A stretch of 64,000 nt of DNA, taken from the NCBI RefSeq assembly GCF_009914755.1, contig NC_060947.1; one strand, 5' to 3'. Source of the DNA: the human T2T-CHM13v2.0 reference genome, Homo sapiens. The notes below the pieces were generated by a model. It was not told the DNA's origin. It worked only from the letters and a program-made list of their open reading frames with translations, and made no database searches. This document shows, piece by piece, positions 40,688-55,500 of the stretch; position 1 is the stretch's first letter, and each line of letters begins with the position of its first letter. The translations under genes and the position numbers were made by a program.

Positions 40688-40990
40688 CACTTCCTCGGGT
40701 CCCCTCCCCGCTCCCTGCTCTGTCAATATGGCGGCAGCGGCGGCGTTACCTGTGCGGCGCCTGGACCCCCCCACGGCGGCGGCACAGCGGCGTCACCCAA
40801 ACGTCAATGGAGATTCCCCAGCTTGGGGTGAAGGGGGCGGGATAGAGGGGCGGGGTGGATGCGGGGGACCGCGTGGTGGGTGGTGGGATAGAGGGGAGGG
40901 GGGCGTGCTGGGCTGGGGAGGCGACTGAACAGTAGTAAAAGCCCCTGCTAGCGCCTCGGTAAACCTGCCCACTCCACGGAGCATGCGCAG
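40688..40990. promoter_or_regulatory. Proximal promoter motif cluster: ETS-like CACTTCCT (40688), YY1-like CAATATGGCGGC (40724), CRE half-sites CGTCA (40791, 40802), GC boxes (40834, 40847), NRF1-like GCATGCGCA (40981)
   Basis: Motif matches by eye inside the CpG island; binding is not demonstrated. Confidence 0.6.
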
Positions 40991-42108
40991 CGCTCTTCAC
41001 ACATGCTCAGCAGGCCCTCTCAAGTCCACGGAGCAGCATTGCTGGCGGGCGGCAGGATTCTCAAAAAGGATGCTGGAACTGGGGGACCCTCCAGAGCACT
41101 TGAGGAATCAGGGTAAGGGTAGGACTCCAAGAGTATCTCTTTGCAGGGCTCACGAAGAGCAGGTGTCTTATATGCCAAACCACGCCCATTTCGATACTTA
41201 GTGACAAATACTAGGGCAGGGATTTTAGTACATCATACATTATCCTCCTAGAAGGTAAAGGCAGGATAACCCCCATTTAAAAAAATAAATATACCTGTCC
41301 TCTCTAGCCCCCACCTTACTTGTCCCTCTCAGGATGCTCCTGCTGGTTGCCTTCACACTATTGATAACACACAATGTTTCTCTTCACACATGCACACACA
41401 CAGGCAAACATATGCCACTTAATGAACTCCACTTGTGGCAACAAAGGCATGATTCCGAAGCTAGCCCATCCTCCAGCCCCCTCTGAGAATGTTGGGTCTG
41501 TAGTGACAATAATCATAGTTTTTAGTACCTTCTTCAAAGCGAGCTTTACTACTTCGCTACTCTAAGCCACACATTGTACTGGGAGCTGGCGATATAACAG
41601 AGATAAAGTATAATCTTATACGGGGGATAATCAAGATGCTTCTCATCAAAACACTTCAGAGCTGAAAGTTTAAAAGTTATTCCACATTTGACACTTCAAA
41701 GACTTAAAAGAGCAACTGTAACAGCGGCTAAACCAACTCAGGACCTTGGAGAGGTTTCTAACGTTCATAAAAGGCACACCACCCCCTTTACCCTTCTACA
41801 CCTAGGGCTGTTGACCTATGCCCTCCATTTATTTCATCATCTGGTCTCAAGAGCTAATGAAGCAAAGCTGGCCACAGAGATTGCACTGAATTACAAACAA
41901 GGATAACTGATAATGTCCTCTCACTTACTCTGCTGAAAATCTCGAGGAGAAAGTGAGCTTAACGAACAGGGTTCTCTAAAAGTCAAAGCTTCGAAAGTAG
42001 TGGGTGCATGGGGCTATAAATCGTGAAAATGTGTGAGAGTGTGTGTGTCTGTGTGTGCACGCACACACCCATAAACTCATATTTGGCTGAACTGACAGTA
42101 TTAACTAG

Positions 42109-42427
<319 letters not shown>

Positions 42428-42824
42428 TACTGCCAACCTTTTGAGCGCTGGGTCTCATCCATCCCTTCTTGCCTACTCAAAGGCTTTGTTCTGCAACCCG
42501 CCCCCCCACTAACATCATCTATTTTTTTCTCTCTACTGGATCTCTCCCGTCAGCAAAAACATGTTATTGACAGCTTGCTTGAACACTTGCTGGCATTTGA
42601 TGTAAGTTCATGACTTACTCTTTCTTTAAACATTTTCTTTACTTGGCCTCTGGAACGAAATAATGTTTGTTTTTCTCCTACATCATTGTTTCTCTTATAC
42701 ATCTTTCTGTCTCCTTTACTGGATCATCCCTCCTCTTCCCAATTCTGCCTATTGGAACTTCAAGGTTCAGTCCCACCCTCTTTCTTTTTCAGCGTTCTAG
42801 GTATTCCCATATCCCATCCATACC

Positions 42825-43203
42825 TGATATGGTTAGGCTTTGTGTCCCCACCCAAATCTCATCTTGAATTGAATCCCCATAATCCCCATAATCCCCATGT
42901 GTCAAGGGAGGGACCAGGTGGAGGTAAGTGAATCATGGGGGTGGTTTCCACCATGCTGTTCTCATGATAGTGCCTGAGTTCTAACAAGATCTGATGGTTT
43001 TATAAGGCGCTCTTCCTTCCTTTGTTGGGCACTTCTTCCAGACGCCATGTGAAGAAGGTACCTTGCTTCCCCTTTGCCTTGATTGTAAGTTTCCTGGGGC
43101 TCCCCAGCCATGATGAACTGTGAGTCAATTAAACCTCTATTTTTTAAATAAATTACCCAGTCTTGAGCAGTTCTTTATAGCAGTATGAAAACAGACTAAT
43201 ACA
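42825..43203 (+). mobile_element. THE1 (MaLR) LTR, THE1C/D-like
   Basis: tgatatggttaggctttgtgtccccacccaaatctcatcttgaattg ... gtgagtcaattaaacctc...acagactaataca. Confidence 0.9.
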
Positions 43204-43845
43204 ATAAATTGGTACCAAGGTAGTGGGGTGCTGCTATAAACATACTGGAAAATATGGAAGCGACTTTCAAACTATGTAACAGGCAGAGGTTGGAACAGCT
43301 TGGAGGGCTCAAAAGAAGACAGGAAGATGTGGGAATGTTTGAAACTTTCTAGAGACTTGTTAAATGGCTTTGACCAAAATGCCGATAGTGATACAATGAA
43401 GTCCAGGCTGGGGTGGTCTCAGATGGAGATGAGTAATTGTTGGGAACTGGAATAAAGGTGACTCTTGGCTATGCTTTAACAAAGAGACTGACGGCATTTT
43501 GCCACTGCACTAGAGATCTGTGGAACTTTGAACTTGAGAGAGATCAGTTAGGGTACATGATGGAAGACATTTCTAAGAAACAAATCATTCAAGAGGTGAC
43601 TTGGGTGCCCTTGGAAACATTTAATTTTATGCATTCACAAAGAGACGATTTGGAATTGGAACTTATGTTTAAAAGGGAAGCAGAGCATGAAAGTTTGGAA
43701 AATTTGTAGCCTGACGATGTGATAGAATAGAAAAACCAATTTTCTGAGGAGAAATTCAAGCTGACTGCAGAAATTTGCATAATTAACGAGGAGCCAAATG
43801 TTAATCGCCAAGATAATGGGGAAAATGTCCCTAAGGCATGTCACT
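43204..43845 (+). mobile_element. THE1/MaLR internal sequence, truncated
   Basis: Follows the LTR directly (taaattggtacc...). ORF remnant RDLWNFELERDQLGY...LELELMFKREAEHESLENL is typical of MaLR-int. Confidence 0.85.
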
Positions 43846-43998
43846 TTAAGATCTCATTATATACAAAGAAAAGTTGGCCTGCTAATAACAACTTATTAGT
43901 CTATATAGTTGAACATAATTAAAATGCCTTTTATTCTGATGCCCTGTTAAGGAATCAGACTATGAAAATGGGCAAATTTGGAGGTGTCTACAAAAGAT

Positions 43999-44303
43999 TA
44001 TATATGTGTATATATATATATCCATATATATATATCCATATATATATATCCATATATATATATCCATATATATATCCATATATATATCCATATATATATA
44101 TCCATATATATATATCCATATATATATATCCATATATATATATCCATATATATATATCCATATATATATATCCATATATATATATCCATATATATATATC
44201 CATATATATATATCCATATATATATATCCATATATATATATCCATATATATATATCCATATATATATATCCATATATATATATATGGATATATATATATA
44301 TAT
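43999..44303. repeat. Minisatellite of CC(AT)6 14-mers (19 CC units, two of them 12-mers) ending in an inverted unit
   Basis: Directly counted: CC from 44022 to 44270, then GG at 44286. Confidence 0.97.
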
Positions 44304-45224
44304 CTTACACACATACCACAGAGAGAAAGAGAGACAGAGAAAGGGAGACAGAGAGGCAGAGTATTCATTTAGACTGAGAACACATGCAACAAGTGATAGA
44401 TTTCTAGGTTACCTGTGGTCAATAAGTCAGATATAAGCAAGTTGAAATTAGGAAAATAGGTAGACATTGAAATGGGCAGAGTTTTTGCCCAGGGTATCAT
44501 GACACCTTTGGTACACATGGTCTAGTACCCTGGATAGCTCCCTGGAAGATAATTTGATTTGAGTCAAAGCCTGGCCTCAAAAAGAGAGCCTTTTTTGGAC
44601 TCAGAGTCCCACCCCTCACTAGGCTTCTGAATATTAAGGGAGCCCATACACACATTTACGTAAATTTGAGTCTCTGAAAAATAGAAAGTGGAGAGTTATT
44701 TCAATATCCCAAGTAACATTTGGACCTCCATTACATAAAAGGGGCACATATTTTGGCCTAATTTGGACCAATGTAGGAGTATACATATTCTCCAAGTAGG
44801 CCTACGACAGAGTCCTTATACAAAACGAGATGTTTAAAACCAAGTGTTGGTTTTCCACACTAAAACTCAGAATTACTTTCATTATTTTCATTCTGCGTTT
44901 AGTGATTCAAAGTTCATTTGGATACTAAATTTTTTTGTGAGTCAACCTACTAGGTTTGAAAGGTTTTAAAAGTAAATGTTATACAAAAAGTTTCAAAAGT
45001 AAATGTTGTTCAAAATAATCTTATAATCTCGTAACATTTTCAAAAAACTAGATCCTATATAACCATAAAAATTATACAAAGGCAACACAGCTTCTACCTA
45101 ACTTGCCTGCTGTTTACATCTTTGAGTATGATCTAGTATACTTGAATGGAAATTTAATTAAAACAAGATTAAAACCTACACTTAATTGAAGGTCCAACAA
45201 AGACATTACTTATCTTAAAAATGT

Positions 45225-48735
<3,511 letters not shown>

Positions 48736-48739
48736 TTAG

Positions 48740-49480
48740 TTTCTTTTTTATTTTTACCTTTTGTGGGTATATAGTAGGTGTATATATTTATGGGATACAT
48801 GACATGTTTTATTACAGGCATGAAATATGAAATAATAACATAATGGAGAATGGGATACCCATCCCCTTAAGCATTTATTCTTAGTGTTACAAAGAATCCA
48901 GTTACACTTTTAATTATTTTTAAATGTACAATTGTTATTGACTATAATCACCTTATTGTGCTATCAAATAGAAGGTATTTTTCATGCTTTCTAACTATCT
49001 TTTTGCACCCATTAACCATCCCCAACTCATCCCTGGCTCCTCACTACCATTCTCAACCTATGATAACCATCTTTCTGCTCTCTATGTCCATGAGTTCAAT
49101 TGTTTTGATTTTTTGATCCCACAATTAACTGAGAACATGCAATGTTGCTTTTTTTGTGCCTGGCTTATTTCACTTAATATAATCATCTCCAGTTCCATCC
49201 GCGTTGTTGCAAATGTCAGCATCTCATCCTTTTTATAGCTGAAGAGTACTCCATTATGTGTAAGTACCACATTTTCTTTATTTATTCATCTGTCGATGGA
49301 CACTTAGGTTCCTTCCAAATCTTAGCTATTGTGAATAGTGCTGCAACAAACATGGGAGTGCAGTTATCTATTCAATATACTAATTTCCTTTCTTTGGGAT
49401 GTATACCCAGCAGTGCAGTTGCCAAATTGTATGGCATCTCTCTATATATAGTTTTTTGAGGAACCTCCAAGCTGTTCTCC
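48740..49480 (-). mobile_element. Second L1MA-like 3' end
   Basis: ttttgtgggtatatagtaggtgtatatatttatggg...; minus-strand ORF remnant [25 protein letters not shown]. Confidence 0.85.
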
Positions 49481-49486
49481 CTAGGG

Positions 49487-49868
49487 CTTGGAATACTATG
49501 CAGTCATAAAAAGGAATGAGAATATGTCCTTGGCAGGGCCATGGATGGAGCTGGAAGCCATTATCCTCAGCAAACTAACACAGGAACAGGAAACCAAACA
49601 CTGCCTTTTCTCACCTGTAAATTGGAGTCAAGTAATGAGAACACATGGACACATGGGATGGGACAACAGACACTGCGGCCTGTCGGAGGGGGTCATTGCG
49701 GGAAGGGAGAGCATCAGGAAGAATAGCTTATGGATGCTGAACTTAATACCTAGGTGATGGGATGATCTGTGCAGCAAACCACCATGGCACATATTTACCT
49801 ATGCAACAAACCTGCACATTGTGCACATGTACTCCTGAACTTAAAATAAAAGTTGAAGAAAAAAAAAC
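49487..49868 (+). mobile_element. L1PA/PB 3' end fragment
   Basis: MEYYAVIKRNENMSLAGPWMELEAIILSKLTQEQ; ends aacttaaaataaaagttgaagaaaaaa. Confidence 0.88.
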
Positions 49869-49869
49869 A

Positions 49870-50850
49870 CTTAAATGAAAGAACTGAAACTTTTAAAATA
49901 CCAGACAAAAACTTAAAGAAAACTCTGGATATTGTTGTAGTCAAGGAATTCATGACTAATACCTCATAAGCACAGGCAACAAGTACAAATATAGGCAAGT
50001 GGAACTTAAACTATAAAGCTTCCACCCAGCAAAATAAATAGTCAACAGAGTGTATAGACAGCCTGCAGAATGAGAGGAAATACTTGCAACCCCAGTGAGA
50101 TATCATCTGGCAGTAGTCAGAATGGCTATTATAAAAAGTAAACAAACAAAAAACACCAAAAAAACCTAACAGTTGTTGGCAAGGATATGCAGAAAGGGAA
50201 ACACTTATAAACTGTTGGTGGGAACGTAAATTAGTAAGACCTCTATAGAAAACAGTATGAATATTTCTTGAAGAACTAAAAATAGAACTGCCATTTGATC
50301 CAGCTCTCACTACTACTGGGTATCTACCCAAAGGAAAATAAATCATTATATAAAAAAGATACTTGCACTTCTATGTTCACCACAGCAATATTTACAAGAG
50401 CAAAGATATGTAATCAACATAAGTGTCCATCAACAGGTGATTGGATTAAAAAAATGTGGCATATATGCACAATGGAATACTACTCAATCACAAAAAAATG
50501 AAGTCATGTCTTTTGCAGGAACATGGATGGAACTGGAGGCCATTATCTTAAGTGAAATAATTCAAAAACAGAGTGTCAACTACCACATTTTCTCACTTAT
50601 AAGTAGGAGCTAAATAATGGGTATGCATGGACATACAGTATGGAATGAAAGACACTGGATACTCCTTAGAGTGGTAGGGTGAGATGAAGGTGATGGATGA
50701 GAAGTTACTTAATGGCTACAATATACACCATTTGGGCAATGGATATGCTATAAGCCCAAACCACTACACAATCCATCCATGTAACAAAACTGCCCTTGTA
50801 CTCCTTAAATTTATACAATTTATTTAAAAAATAAATTTTAAAAATTAAAA
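49870..50850 (+). mobile_element. L1 (L1PB/MA-like) ORF2 end plus 3' UTR
   Basis: LLGIYPKENKSLYKKDTCTSMF...WIKKMWHICTMEYYS. Confidence 0.85.
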
Positions 50851-50854
50851 GAAA

Positions 50855-52550
50855 GATAGACAAATAGGTCAATGGATTATAATACATTCAGAAATAGGCC
50901 CAAATGTACATGGCCAACTGAGATTTTACAGAATTGGAAAGGTAATTCAGTGGAGAAAGAATAGATTTTTCAACAAAGGGTGCTGGAAAAATTTGGATAT
51001 CCATGTGGAGGAAAATGAAGTTTGATCCATTGCTTGCAATATATACAAAGAAAAACTCAAAATGGATTATAAACATAGGTACAAAACCTAAAATATATAA
51101 CATTTCTAGAAAAAAATAAATGAGAAGAAAATTTTTGTGTTCCTTGGATGGGTAAAGATTTCTTAGATTTGGCACTAAAAGCATGATTCATACAAGCAAA
51201 AACTAGACTTCATCAAAATTCAAAATACCTTCTCTTACAAAACACCATTAAGAGAATGATAAGATAGGCCATAGAAAGAAAAAAATATTTTCAAATCTTA
51301 TATCTGAAAAGGATCTTGTATCCAGAATACATAAGAAACTCAAAATTTGGCCAGGCGTGGTGGCTCACGCCTGTAATCCCAGCACTTCGGGAGGCCGAGG
51401 CAGGCAGATCACGAGGTGAGGAGATCGAGACCATCCTGGCTAACACGGTGAAACCCCGTCTCTACTAAAAGTACAAAAAAATTATCTGGGCGTGGTGGCA
51501 GGTGCCTGTAGTCCCAGCTACTCGGGAGGCTGAGGCAGGAGAATGAATGGTATGAACCCAGGAGGTGGAGCTTGCAGTGAGCCGAGATCATGCCACTGCA
51601 CTCCAGGCTGGGCAACAGTGCAAGACTCTGTCTCAAAAAAAAAAAAAGAAAGAAAGAAAGAAAGAAAATAAAAGGAACTCAAAATTCAATAATTATGAGA
51701 AAAACAACTTGTAAAATGTATAAATGATTTGACAAACACTCCACCAAAGAAGATGTACCAATGGGAACAAACCATGTGAAAAAATGTTAAACACCATTAG
51801 CTATTAAGAAATCCACATTAAAACCACAATAGGACATCATTGTACACCTATTAGAATGACTAAAAGGCAAACAACTAGGAAAAAACTGAAAATATTAAAT
51901 ATTGAAGAAAATCAGTATCAGCTGGAACTACCTTAACTTTCTGGTGGGAATGCAAAATGGTGCAGGCACTTTGGAAAACAGTTCAGAGGTTTCCTGCAAA
52001 GTTAAACATACACTTATATAACCTAGCATACCATTCACAAATATTAGCTGAGGAGATGAAAATGTACATTCACACAATAAATTTTGTGTGAATGTTTATA
52101 GCAGCTTTAATAATAATTTCCAAAATCTTGAAAACACCAAAAATCCTTCAACTGTAGAAAGGATAAACAAAATGTGGTACATCCATTCAAAGGAATACTA
52201 CTCAGCAATAAAAAAGAATAAACTACTGGTACCTGCAAACAATTGGATGAATTGCAATTACATTATTTCAAGTGCAAAGGATGGCCTTGAAAAGCTTCAT
52301 ACTCTGCGATTTCATTTGTATAACATCTTAGAAAATGTAAACTGTAGGGCCTAAAAACAGACCAGTGGTTGCCAAGGGTTGCAGATAAAAGGCAAGGGTT
52401 TTGTTCAAAGGGCCACATGTTTTGGGGTTGATACAAATGTTCTGTGGTTGTGGTTACATGATTATATGTGTTTATCAAAACATATAACTGTATCCTAAAA
52501 ATGTGTTTTATTCTACAAAAAATATTCTTCAGTAAACCTCACTTATAAAA
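50855..52550 (+). mobile_element. Old L1M fragment with a nested Alu
   Basis: L1 ORF2 and 3' UTR motifs on both sides of the Alu. Confidence 0.75.
51349..51672 (+). mobile_element. AluY-like element with TSD and an A/(GAAA)n tail
   Basis: gagatcgagaccatcctggctaacacggtg; TSD gaactcaaaattt / gaactcaaaattc. Confidence 0.9.
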
Positions 52551-55500
52551 TAGGACATCAAACAAGCCAAAAGAATGGAAAAATGCACATAAATGCACAA
52601 ATTATGAACAAAAGTGAAGGGTAATGTTAAAAGGCTTGAAGGTAGAGGAGTACAAATAGATTTTGCAAAAGGACGTTTTGAGGTTCAAGGAGAGTATTTA
52701 AAGGTGAGGAAAACTTTGTGAGCAAACTAGCTCTGGTTCCCTTTGTTATGGGTGGGAGTGTTTATGTGCCAATTATAGAAGAGTATCTCATATAGTTTTT
52801 ACTAATAGCCTATAATGTCACCTGATTTTTCCTCCCTCAAAAATACTGAGTTCCTGTCATCCTAGAGTATCTATGCAACATATTCCCTGCAATAATGCAG
52901 AGCTTGTGAAAATGGTGAGTCCAGAGTGATTGTCTTGATATGCTATACCCTAAGGTCAATTGCTCCACCTGAACAGATTTTGATCAATACTCTCAGAAAG
53001 AAGCACATGCAAATTTGGAAATTTTAATATCTATATGTGTTATTTGGAGGTGGCAAAACATACCTTAGATTGCTTTAGTAAATGGCAGAAAAATGACTTA
53101 CATTTCTTAAATACATTTTACTCACATTTGGTAAACATATACAAGAGGAATGGAAATCATTATTTGAGTGCACTTAGATTCCTTTTATCTGGAATGTGTT
53201 TAAAATATATGTGGTAAAAACGTATATTTGGGAAATGTAATATATTTAAAATGTAATATTCATATTCAGTATCATAGAAATGAACATAGTATTTGTTGTA
53301 TGTGTAGATACAACAAATACTAATGTTGAAAATACTTGCTTAAAGTAAAAGCAAATACATTTATTGCATGTGCACTATGGAAAGGTTATACTGCTTCTCA
53401 AATGCTGCTATTTTCAGTTTCTTATGATCACTTGGGCCTGTGGTACTAAGTTTCTGATTACTAGATTATTACATTTTCACATTATCACAATTTGCAGATG
53501 AACATGTTTCAGAAAAAGAGCAACATTCTAAACTTCTTCAAAGAGAAAAGATAGCCATAATACCAGTCTGTTTAGTAACTAACACCCCTCCCAACCAGGT
53601 GGCTTTATGCCATTGCAAGTTATCCTGTTGTTGCTTAATCTTAATTATACATATTTTTTGGGGGGAAAGTAAATTAATAGTGAAAGAGTTAGAAATATCT
53701 ATTAATATTTTACATTTATAATTTATTTACCCTGGCTATACCCAAAAACAATTGGAGGCACCACATTGTTTATATTCACTGGAGCAAAGAAATGGGCATT
53801 AAATAAATGACTTAAATTAATAGAAGTTAAATTATCCACAGACGCTATCCATTCTCTTTATTTGGAGTACATCTAATTGTAATAACCAGCTGGTTGCCTT
53901 CACAAAGTCCCACCTCCCTCACCCTCCCTTTATTCTTTTCCAAATTCCCTCCCACTTCTGCCTTCCCATTTTCTTCTCTCCCCACTCTGGATTCAGACTC
54001 CATTAGCCCCTTTGCACTCCCTATTGACTCTCTTATCTCATTCCTGCCCCCTCAATAAAACTGCCCTTCTCCCTCCTTTGCACTGTCTCCTTAACACCCT
54101 CATTCCCTTCATACCAGGCCCAGCCCCCATCCCTTTGTCCCCTTCTCACTCATGCCTTATATCATCCCTAATATCCTGTCTCCCAGCCCTTCTACTTTTA
54201 GTCTATCCTCTGTTTTAGGGAACACTTACTTACTACCTTCCTAATACTACTTTGATTAACACCTACTAGTTACTACTATGCCCTCTGGACATTTTTACCT
54301 GCCTTCTAGTCTTTTATTATATGCAGCTAAGTTTGTTCCAAAGTGGCTATCTCACTTTACTGAGCATGTTAAACTCCAGCTACTCACCTCTCATGGCATA
54401 TGGTCCGTGGTGGTTTTGACTAAGTTCACATTCTTACATAAATCATATGTTCTGATTGTCACTTCCCTTAGTTCAACTTCTTACATAAACAGTGATAATC
54501 ATATGTTCTGATTGTCAATTCCCTTACAATAGAATATCATATAAACGTGGTGCTAGAACTGCTGAGTATGTCTAATAAAAATGCTAAGGAATTATTTAGA
54601 ACATATTGTATGGAGTCATTAGAATTTATTTATTTAATCCTTGCATCTCTGTTAACTTCTCAAATAATGATACTTATCACTCCTAACTGTCTTACTCTGA
54701 TATGGCTATCTATCTACTCAGGCTTGATTAATATCACCTATTTATTGCATGTGCACTATGGAAAGGTAACAATGCACTGTTGATCTCACCTTAATTAGAA
54801 CCAACACTCTAACCTTTATCGGGAGCACAGGGCTCTGTTTAGATTAGATGATTTTCATCTAGCATAGATGCTAATATGCTTGCAATTTTAAAAACATTTT
54901 TACTTTTCTACTTGTACTTCTAAAATAATCTGCATTTTGATTTACACACCTAATAAATAGAAGAGAATTAGATCCATTGTATATAGTGTGTCCCACTTAC
55001 TTGAATAAAGATTCTGATTTAGAAATATTAATTCATCATGATAAATAATCCTATCTTGTTTTCAGACATAAAAATCAAACTGCCAGAAAACATTTACTTA
55101 ACCTGACTTTATAAGACTTATATAAATGAACTCTGTATTATCACTGATGCGTGCTCTGGCAGGTCTTTTTTATTTCAATCGTTGGGAGGAATAACTTGTT
55201 TATAGCTAATGTATTTATGATTATTTCATGCTTTAGTCTGCTCTGGAACTGACTAAATAAGATGAAAAGGTGTAATTTATAGAAACAAAATTATGATTAA
55301 AATATCAGAATATAAAACTCAGTTTACATTGTCAGTACTTTTCCCCATTGAGCCTGAGTTGTTAGTGTCTCTAAATGCCCCCTGAATCTAAAATAAAAGT
55401 TGAAATTATTAAAGTAATTATGTGATCCTGCAAGGAGTCTGGCTTGACTCAAAAGGATAACAAAGTGACAACTTCCACCTCCTTTGACTCCCGTCCAGTT

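Larger units (their letters stand above)
39850..41060. promoter_or_regulatory. RPS6KA6: CpG island / RPS6KA6 promoter and 5' UTR
   Basis: Abrupt GC- and CpG-rich block surrounding exon 1A in an otherwise AT-rich, CpG-depleted window. The TSS cannot be determined from sequence. Confidence 0.95.

Noticed and set aside
39930-41201. Many overlapping Pro/Arg/Ala/Gly-rich ORFs
   Set aside because: Stop codons are expected to be scarce in a CpG island. Only the 27 codons of exon 1A have splice and homology support.
43960-44436. Six overlapping YIYI/MDIY ORFs, and the regular array as a CRISPR-like locus
   Set aside because: This is a simple minisatellite with no unique spacers and no cas genes, in human DNA.
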